Shown: in pieces, positions 54,665 through 64,000 of the stretch
Layout: each line of letters begins with the position of its first letter
Numbering within the stretch: position 1 is the first letter of the stretch
Origin: Antedon mediterranea
Taxonomy: Eukaryota > Animalia > Echinodermata
Reading direction: 5' to 3'
Assembly: GCF_964355755.1 (NCBI RefSeq)
Contig: NC_092673.1
Coordinates: 13,178,948-13,242,947 of the forward strand
DNA length: 64,000 bases
Notes under the pieces: model-generated
Told to the model about the DNA's origin: nothing
Databases searched by the model: none
What the model saw: the letters and a program-made list of their open reading frames with translations, nothing else
Program-made: the position numbers and the translations under genes

Positions 54665-55400
54665 AGGCATGAACACACATGTTAATTTTTTAGGGTGCGT
54701 GTGTGTACGTCAAATGGAATGTCCACAATAATCGTTCGTTCGGCGGCGAAACTCGCATGATGAACACACGTGGTAATTTCTTACCAGAGGGGCGCGTGTA
54801 CATCAAGTGGAATTTTCACAGCACTCGTTGGTTCGGGCAACAAACTCGCATGGTGAACACACGTGGTAATTTCTTAAGCGTGGTTCCCACTGGAACGCAA
54901 CGCAGCGACGTATTTGCGTAATCACAAGTGGGAACAAAATACAACAGTGCTGGAAACATCGCAGGTTTGATTTCATGCAGACGGGGCAAACACAATTATT
55001 AGAAGGGCATTTGCTTACGTTGCGCAAATTGCGTTACATTGCTTCGCCAGTGGGAACCAACCTATACCAGAGGGGTACGTTTACATCAAATGGAATTTCA
55101 CAAGTCGTTTTATTTGGCGTTCGGATAACAAACTTGTTACTTGCATGATGAATATACATGTGGTAAATTCTTAACAGAGGGGTACATGTACATCAAATGG
55201 AATTTCACAACAGTCGTTCGGCGTTCGGGCAACAAACTCGCATGATGAATATACACGTGGTAATTTCTTACCATATGAGTGCGTGTACATCAAATGGAAT
55301 TTCTACAACAATCGTTCGGCTCGCTCGGATTTGTTTTTCTAACGATTGGTGCGGCTCACGAACAGTAACACACATGGTAGTTTCTTACTTATGGAATTGT
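54665..55400. repeat. Tandem repeat, about 92-bp unit
   Basis: TACATCAAATGGAATTT...AAACTCGCATGATGAA...ACGTGGTAATTTCTTACC recurs about five to six times. Confidence 0.85.
54877..55063. mobile_element. Harbinger-like MITE inside the 92-bp array
   Basis: TIR core TGGTTCCCACTGG / CCAGTGGGAACCA, inserted at the TTA of one repeat unit. Confidence 0.7.
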
Positions 55401-55659
55401 TTTTCTACAAAGATTCGCATTAAATACACGTACACTATTCTATACCATGATGATAGGGTTATTTTAAATAAAAAAACAATAGCCTACATTTATAAGTATA
55501 AAGCGTGAGAAAATTGTGATTTTTTATTGTAAATATTTAGATCAGACCAAAAAAAAATTTACAATGAAAATATGATAAAATATGTAAAACTATCATTACT
55601 GCACTTTACTATACTAAAAATAACATTGTATACAAAAACAGTATGTATGTACGTATGCA

Positions 55660-58360
55660 TTTGTTTGTTTATTCATTTCAATGAGCATTAGCGAATTTAC
55701 ACAAATGTCACAGATCGTTAAGCTCATACCATTTATAAAAATGTTTTACTAAAAAGCTCACTCAATATTAAAATTGATTTTCAGTTATAATATCTCTATG
55801 GATGCAGATAATGATTAAAAACGTAATTAAGTCACATTACTACCGACAAACAGCGATCGGAAAAACATCCATTTCTTATTCGCCTTCCTACCAGTATACC
55901 AGCAACATTTGTGAATACAATTAATTGATTGGATCATTATAAACATTGTGCAAATGTCACGCATCGTCAAGCTCATTCATTCATAAAACGAATGCAGTGT
56001 TTTATTTTACTCACTAAAAGCTAATTGAATATTAAAGTTGGTTTTCAATTTCCACTGCAGTAATGACTATTAATTATTGATTTTTAAATCGGGTTTTTTT
56101 TTTTCGAAAAAGTATTTTTTAAATATTGGAATAAATTATATATTTATGAACAAATTCTTCTAAATTTTATATTATATATAATAAATATTAAGTGAGACCT
56201 ATCGGTTAAATTGATTGTATTGGTTTTATTATTATACTATTAATTATTGATTTTTAAACCGGTTTTTATTAAGTATGACTCAAATTTATTTTGACCCCCA
56301 AAAACCTGCTTGCGCTATACATTAAGTCACACAGTGTTACGTCACATTACTAACGACAAACAGCGATCGGAAATCCATTCAAATTTCTTATTTGTCTTTC
56401 TATCTACCAGAATGTATACCAGCAACATTTGTAAATACAATTAATTGATTGAATCATTATAAACATCGTGCAAATGTCACGCATCGTCAAGCTTCATAAA
56501 ACAAATGCAGTGTTTTATTTCACTCACTAAAATCTAATTGAATATTAAAGTTGGTTTTTAATTTTCACTGCAGTAATGACTATTAATTATTGATTATCAT
56601 ACCGGGGGGTTTTTTTTCAAAAAAGTATTTTTTAAATATTGGAATACAATTATATATATATAAACAAATTCTTCTAAATTTGTTTAATTTTCTGTTTAAA
56701 AAATATTAAGTGAGACCTATCGGTTAAATTGATTGTATTGGTTTTATTATTACTATTAGGCCTATAATTATTGATTTTTATGTCGGTTTTTTTTTTAAAG
56801 TATTTAATAAATATTGGAATAAAATTATATAGGCCTATATTTCAACAAAATTATTCTAAATTTGGACAAATAGTTTTAATTTTCTGTTTAAAACAAATAT
56901 TAAGTATGACTCAAATTTATTTTGACCCCCAAAAACCTGCTTGCACTATACATTAAGTCACACAGTGTTACGTCACATTACTAACGACAAACAGCGATCG
57001 GAAATCCATTCAAATTTCTTATTCGCCTTCCTACCAGTATACCAGCAACATTTGTAAATACAATTAATTGATTGAATCATATAAACATCGTGCAAATGTC
57101 ACGCATCGTCAAGCTTCATAAAACAAATTCAGTGTTTTATTTCACTTACTAAAATCTAATTGAATATTAAAGTTGGTTTTTAATTTTCACTGCAGTAATG
57201 ACTATTAATTATTTATTATCATACGGGGGGGTTTTTTTTTCGAAAAAGTATTTTGTAAATATTGGAATACAATTATATATATATAAACAAATTCTTCTAA
57301 ATTTGTATAATTTTCTGTTTAAAAAATATTAAGTGAGACCTATCGGTTAAATTGATTGTATTGGTTTTATTATTACTACAGTATTAGGCCTAATTATTGA
57401 TTTTTATGTCGGTTTTTTTAAGTATTTTATAAATATTGGAATAAAATTATATAGGCCTATATTTCAACAAAACTATTCTAAATTTGGATAAATAGTTTTA
57501 ATTTTCTATTTAAAACAAATATTAAGTATGACTCAAATTTATTTTGACCCCCAAAAACCTGCTTGCGATTAAGTCACACAGTGTTACGTCACATTACTAA
57601 CGACAAACAGCGATCGGAAATCCATTCAAATTTCTTATTCGCCTTTCTACCAGAATGTATACCAGCAACATTTGTAAATACAATTAATTGATTGAATCAT
57701 ATAAACATCGTGCAAATGTCACGCATCGTCAAGCTTCATAAAACAAATGCAGTGTTTTATTTCACTCACTAAAATCTAATTGAATATTAAAGTTGGTTTT
57801 TAATTTTCACTGCAGTAATGACTATTAATTTGATTATCATACCGGGGGTTTTTTTTTTCGAAAAAGTATTTTATAAATATTGGAATACAATTATATATAA
57901 TTTAATAAACAAATTCTTCTAAATTTGTGTAATTTTCTGTTTAAAACAAATATTAAGTATGACTCAAATTTATTTTGACCCCCAAAAACCTACTTGCACT
58001 ATACATTAAGTCACACAGTGTTACGTCACATTACTAACGACAAACAGCGATCGGAAATCCATTCAAATTTCTTATTTGTCTTTCTATCTACCAGAATGTA
58101 TACCAGCAACATATTTTGTAACAATTAATTGATTGAATCATTATAAACATCTTGCAAATGTCACGCATCGTCAAGCTCATTCATTATGATTGAATATTAA
58201 AGTTGGGTTTCAATTTTTTACTGCAGTAATGACTATTAATTATTGATTTTTATATCGTTTTTTTTTTTAAAGTAGTTGGAATTAAATTATATATATATAT
58301 GAACAAATTCTTTCTAAATTTTGTAATTTTCTATTAAGTGAGACCTATCGGTTAAATTTT
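55660..58360. repeat. Modular tandem array, unit 440-630 bp
   Basis: Anchor GTCACATTACTA.CGACAAACAGCGATCGGAA at about 55831, 56341, 56972, 57588 and 58025. Confidence 0.9.
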
Positions 58361-58999
58361 TCACATTGACAACATGGTATTTTTTAAGTGGTCATGTTTT
58401 AACATGACAAAAAGTATTTGATAAGTTAGAAATAAAGAAACATTCAAAATGAATTAAAATAACAATTTTGAAACAACGTTCAAGTAATTTCCTTAGAAAG
58501 GAAGTTATACAATAGACCCATCTATCAGCCAAATGTGCAAAATACAATTAATCACATAAACATTTTGCTAATGCCACGCATCGTTAAGCTCATGGCTGTT
58601 ACGATACCCCTTCATGGTGACTTCTTTTCACTACTCCAATTTTTTTTAAATTTTTGTATCATGTCATGTGAATAAATCGATTGGTCAAACTTGCTTGATC
58701 AATATAATAAAGCATCATGAGTGTTTTATTTCACTAAAATGTTAGATTTATAAACACGAATGTCAATAATTCAAAATGAAATTTTTTTAAAGCAAAATAA
58801 ATTCTTTTCAAGCCCGGTAAAGGTTAACGTTTGCATGGGGTTGTGTTTAAAATGTATTTAAAACATGTTTTTAACATGACAAAAAAAATGTAAAAAATAA
58901 AACAAAATTCAAAATGAATTCAAATGATAATTTGAAAACAACGTTAAAAAGAAAATTGAAAAAAAAAAAATGAAACAATTAAGGTTATTATCATATCGT

Positions 59000-60510
59000 A
59001 CATGTGACCCTACCATGGAGTAATCACTCCATGGTACAAAATAGTCGATAACATTTCGACATCGAATTGCTATCGTCTGGCTTTACGTAATGATCCATGA
59101 CGCTCATTCAGGGTACAATTTAAAAGTAAAAATGAATCGCTTGCTTTTACCAAACCCATCCCGAAATGTGTGTCCTGTATAAATAAAACAAGTATTAGGA
59201 TTAATAATAATCTTAAGTTAACTCGTCGTAGAACTGTGATCCTGTTCTACTATGGAGTAATAGAACACAATGTCGATAACATTTCGACATCGAATTGCTA
59301 TCGTCTGGCTTACGTAACAGAATCCACGACGCTCATTCAGGGTACAATATAAAAGTAAAAATGAGATCAGTTGCTTTTACCAAACCCATCCCGAAATGTG
59401 TGTCGTGTATATATAAATAAAACAATTATTAAGATTAATACTAATCTTTAGTTAACTCGTCGTAGAACTGTGATCCTGTTCTACCATGGAGTAATAACTC
59501 CATGGTAGAACACAATGTCGATAACATTTCGACATCGAATTGCTATCGTCTGGCTTACTTTTAACTATCTTCGAAATGCGTGCCGCGTATAAAAAAAATT
59601 AAAGGAATAATTAAGAATAATAACCTTCAGTTAACTCGTCGTTAAATCAGAAAAAAAAAGAAACAAAAAATCATTAAGATGAATAATCTTCAGTTAACTG
59701 TGACCCTGTACTACCATAAGTATAATAACTCCATGGTAGAACACAATGTCGATAACTTTTCGATATCGAATTGCTATCTGAATCCTTAGCTCTAGTACAA
59801 TACAAAAGTCAAAATTAATGAGATCGCTTGCTTTTATTATACCCAACTATCCTCGAAATACATCGGAACAAAATGAAACTTAGTTAAACAGTTAACTTAG
59901 AATTGCGACCGTGTTCTTCAATAAAGTCATCACTGACTCCATTGTAGAACACATTATCGATAACTTTTCGACATCGAACTGCTATCGGCTAATCTAGCTA
60001 ACGAAATCGTACTACACGACGCTTCTGGTCAGGGTAGATACACGTCAATGAGAGCATGTTTTATCACCCATCCTAGAAATGGATATGGGGTAAACTATAT
60101 AAAAAAAATATTACAATAAATTGTAGGTTAACTCATCATTAGTTGCTATTAATAACTTAACAGTTCAACAACAATGTCGATCAATTTCCGACATCGAATT
60201 GCTATCGTTTATTAAATGGAATAACCAGGGCAGGGAGGTATAACAATAATATGGAAGGAGCTAATTTTGTATGTGTTTGTTATCGAAATGTGTAGTATGG
60301 AATACACAAAATAAAATTTTATTAAGGCTGTTTCAGTGTGCGGTTACATTAAAAATTGTACTCATTTTCGAGGTACTGTAGGCGCGCCTATGTTACAGCC
60401 ACCACGCGTCGATACGTTCGTATTCGTAGACTACACTACTGACTGCACTCTGGCCACCGCCGCCGTGGCGACATCGGCCGTGGCGACATCGAACTGTCAT
60501 CGTTTTGCTA
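59000..60510. repeat. Tandem repeat of about 210-245 bp with a conserved TCGA-rich core
   Basis: GTCGATAACATTTCGACATCGAATTGCTATCG at about 59044, 59272, 59517, 59748, 59957 and 60175, with a partial copy at about 60484. Confidence 0.85.
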
Positions 60511-62062
60511 ACGAATCTGCTTAACAGTGCTTACCAATACCAGTAAAATACTGCTTTTTTTCATTATTTAATTAACTATTTTGAACTAAAAACATTTAAA
60601 TAGCTAAAATCTAGTCTTATTCTTAGGCCATGGCCAGGTTTATAATACACACAGACCTAGGCCTAGCCTTGATTAAGTTTTCTTCCAAGCCTAACGTCGT
60701 GGGCCTGAGGAGGCTTAAAAGATAGCCTGATAATATTTGCGTAGCCTATAATTTTCGTTGTTAAACAAATATAGGGGGCACAATTGATGGAAAATAACTA
60801 TGTTTAAGTCTTGTAAATGAAAATCTGTCAATCAAAACATAACACACCCAACAATTCGAAGGGAGATAAACAACTTATCAGCTCTTATCGGGTGTGAAGT
60901 GTGCCTGTATCGGAGCTTCCTGGCAACATATATTTGGTGATTTCCCTAATCTACAAAAAGACGTCGACGCGGTAGCGCGTTTGTGTCGAAACTGTCGAAC
61001 TTTTTTCCAGCGGGCATCTCATGACAAATGATATTGAGGCTAAAACAAAACAACAAACATAGCATATAAAAAAAAACTGTACCATCAGAAAGTTTGAATC
61101 TATAATGTATATTTAATACATTGTTTCTTTTTTAATACATTTAAAAACTTTTATCATGCCAATATATATATATACGTATTTACCATTATCATTGTTTTCG
61201 TTCATTACTACTGGTAGGTCTTTGTTTGGCAAGATGGAAATGTGGATTGCCATTATTGTTTGGCAGCAACGTTTTGGCCTGTACTAGAGAGTACCACCAC
61301 TGCGATGAACGCATCTAAAGCAACTTTTTATTACGCTGAAACACCTTTCTATAACGTTTCTTGCCTGTGCATGTCTGTTATAATTCATTCTCTGTATTGG
61401 GATTATTAATTGGTGTCATCAACCACTCACTAAAAGAATAAAGCATTACCTTAATAATTGATTGTGAAATTTAAAACATTTTAAATATATTTAATTTGTT
61501 ATTAGTAGGCCTATTATATTATTATTTACATTAAATTCTAAACCACCTGGTAATAATGAAAATTAATTTGGAAACGAGGAAAATGAGGTGAGGTGCAAAA
61601 AAAAACTTTCTGTTTAACAAATTTCTACTTTTTTTTTCTTTTTGTATTTTCTCTTCCAGTTCTATCTTTTCTGTCTTTCTTTTCTCTCTTCCTTTTTACC
61701 TTTCAAAATAGGATGGGGTGCGGAGCCTGCTTTGCCCCTTGATATGCCTATGAATAATAATATACATCATGCATGATGCAAATGCATACGGGAAAACACT
61801 ACCCAAAATAATTGTTGAGTTTATAGTGTGGTGGCTAACTTTGCACTTGATTTGTAGGACTTTTTTTTTTTGTCTTACGTGGGTTCCTCCCACTTTTAAT
61901 TCCATAAATACATACTGTATATATATACATTAATACATAACATGTATATTCCGTCTATTAACATTTGTTTTAATCATGCATATTTGCTTTCTTTTTGAGT
62001 TCATCTTTTTCATTATTATCTCTTAACACTTATGTTCGTCTTGTTGTGTTTCCCTATAGTTA

Positions 62063-64000
62063 CAGGGTTCGTACGCGTCCTTAAATTCCTTGAAAGTCAT
62101 GGAAAAATAAATCTCTTTTTTCAAGTACTGGAAAGTCCTTGAAATTGGCATTTGTCCTTGAATGTCCTGAAAATTTTTAAAATACAATAAAGTTATATGA
62201 ATTCTTTTTAATAAAGTTTTGAAAACACTGAACAATAAAAGTATTAAGTATGAAAGTACATGGAAGATAACAACGTTTGTACGTGCCGACTTTTCCGCCG
62301 CCGATAAATGCTCGTACATGAAATAGGCTTTCTTATCAGGTTGGTTGTTGACTGCAGAACGCCACTGGCCAGTGATGTTCAGATGACAATCACCTTGAAA
62401 AAACTTTGCCCAACTATTCTTTTGTTCCCCCACAGTACATTATTGCATAATAGCTATTACTATTGAAATAAATACTTGGCCCTTTTTGTGTTCCGATTTT
62501 GTTTAAACATTAATTTAACGAATGTAATATTGCAAACATGCATAGCATTTTAGCATTACACTTTAATTAGTGACTATACTCGCATTCTATTTATAGCCTC
62601 TGATAAGCTATAAATAGAATGCGAGTATAGTGACCTCTCTCAGCGAGGCTCTCTCACACCGCAAGCGCGTATATTAGCGGTCTCTATATGGCTGCCGATG
62701 AGTTTTTTATCGTGCGTTTCTCGTCAGTGGAAATCTATCCAACATGCCGCGTACATGCTTTTTTCAAGAGTCCTGGCTTTTTGATAGCAAATTTTCCCCG
62801 TGGATTAACCGTGCGTCAATAAAAACGGAGGCAAAGTGTAAACTATGTAGAAAAACATTAGATACTGTATCTCCAACATGGGACGGTCGGCGTTAATATC
62901 TCATCAAAACGGAAAAAAAGCATAAACAACAAATGGAGTTGAGGTTTAACAATACGACGCAAGAAGTTAATCAATTTTTTAGTAAGTCCAACCCAACAAC
63001 ATCCACCAGTAAATCTAATAGTACCATCACCAGTATTGAACAACAAGACATACCAGGAACTAGTGTTGATAATAGTATACCGAAACGTACGAACCCAAGT
63101 GGCCCGGCGACGATGCAGTATTTCAGTAGTAGTGAGGAGATTCGTAAAGCAGAAATATTGTGGGCCTTATTCATGACTAACCGGCACTATTCGAACAAGT
63201 CGATGGATGAAATAAATGAAGTATTCCAGGCAATGTTTCCAGATAGTGGAATAGCTGCAAAATTTAGTTGTGGTGAAAAAAAGTCTGCTTATGTTGTTAA
63301 TTATGGGTTAGCGCCATATTTTAGGTAAGTTTTGTTTGATATTGATTGATATAGGCCTACAATTTAGATTAAATAAATAATTGTAATAGGCATTTCTGTA
63401 TTGAGTAATAGCCTGGTGAGTATGAAAAACAAATGTTTTTAGTCTAAGTTTTGTTCATTTTAGGTCATTACTTCTGAAACGTGTTACGGATGAGTCAGAT
63501 TACGTTCTACTATTTGATGAAAGTCTAAACAAAGGTACACAACTAAAGCAAATGGATATCCATGTCCGATTTTGGGCTAACAACCACGTGGAAACTAGAT
63601 TCTTTGATAGTACATTCATGGGTTATGCTACTGCTGAGAAAGTCGTCACCGATTTTAAGATATGTGCAGACAAACTAAATCTCGCAAAATTACTTCAAAT
63701 CGGTATGGATGGTCCAAACGTCAATTGGAAGTTTTATAAACTTCTCTCTGCCGATATAAAGACGAATTACAATACATCAGTTCTCAACATTGGGTCGTGT
63801 GGCCTTCATGTAATGCACAATGGGTTTCAAAGTGGTGTGCAGTCAATTGATTGGAAGGTCTACGACATACTGTCTAGTTTACAAATACTGTTCAAAGACA
63901 CCCCTGCTCGTCGGGAAGATTTTGAGAACGCTACTGGCACACATGTGTTTGGCCTTAAGTTTTGTAAACACAGATGGGTGGAGAATGCTGCAGTTGCGAA
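62063..64000 (+). mobile_element. hAT transposon, left end and spliced transposase (runs off the window)
   Basis: Starts CAGGGTTCGTAC with CTTGAA/CTGGAA subterminal repeats. BED-finger-like region from ATG 62744 (frameshifted). AEILWAL...MFPDS.IA...GLAPYF, intron at about 63326-63463, then LFDES, MDGPNVN, SCGLH and HRWVEN. Confidence 0.9.
62575..62629. mobile_element. 55-bp hairpin micro-element
   Basis: Perfect 23-bp TIR TATACTCGCATTCTATTTATAGC with a 9-nt loop, flanked by direct GTGAC repeats. Confidence 0.7.

Larger units (their letters stand above)
53371..61014. mobile_element. 7.6-kb non-autonomous EnSpm/CACTA-like element
   Basis: TIR CCCGCTGAAAAAAAGTTCGAC / GTCGAACTTTTTTCCAGCGGG with a 2-bp CA duplication. 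TCGA-rich subterminal motifs. Interrupts the helicase frame. Confidence 0.85.

Noticed and set aside
56330-56357. RSS-like heptamer CACAGTG plus 12-bp spacer repeated in the array
   Set aside because: The nonamer position reads ACTAACGAC (5/9 match). Recurrence is explained by tandem duplication, and it lies far from the RAG1-like fragment.
59000-60510. CRISPR-like appearance of conserved palindromic cores with spacers
   Set aside because: The spacers are about 200 bp and related to each other, there are no cas genes, and the context is a eukaryotic transposon.

Overview
AT-rich eukaryotic DNA with spliceosomal GT-AG introns; the TLR-like genes and transposon mix suggest a marine invertebrate (inference). 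The window is almost entirely nested, decayed transposable elements. These include hAT elements at both ends, CR1/L2/RTE LINEs, a Harbinger split by a TIR element, and Kolobok-type and Harbinger-type MITEs. Also present are piggyBac, Sola and Gypsy fragments, a pol-less Gypsy-like LTR element, and a RAG1-core-like (Transib/Chapaev-type) transposase with a PHD-like finger. Three remnants of a divergent hAT-like DDE family and a Penelope-type minimal hammerhead also occur, as does a Helitron helicase split by a 7.6-kb CCC-ended, satellite-filled element. The only recognisable host-type genes are two tandem Toll-like receptor pseudogenes on the minus strand (about 9.9-13.1 kb). I found no intact host gene and cannot claim a new biological system. 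The best leads are the RAG1-like/PHD transposase, the short intron-containing TLR cluster with a shared IRF-type motif, the hAT-like family with a Tudor-like tail, and pervasive micro-insertions. All calls come from reading the sequence by eye; boundaries are approximate unless TIRs/TSDs are quoted.
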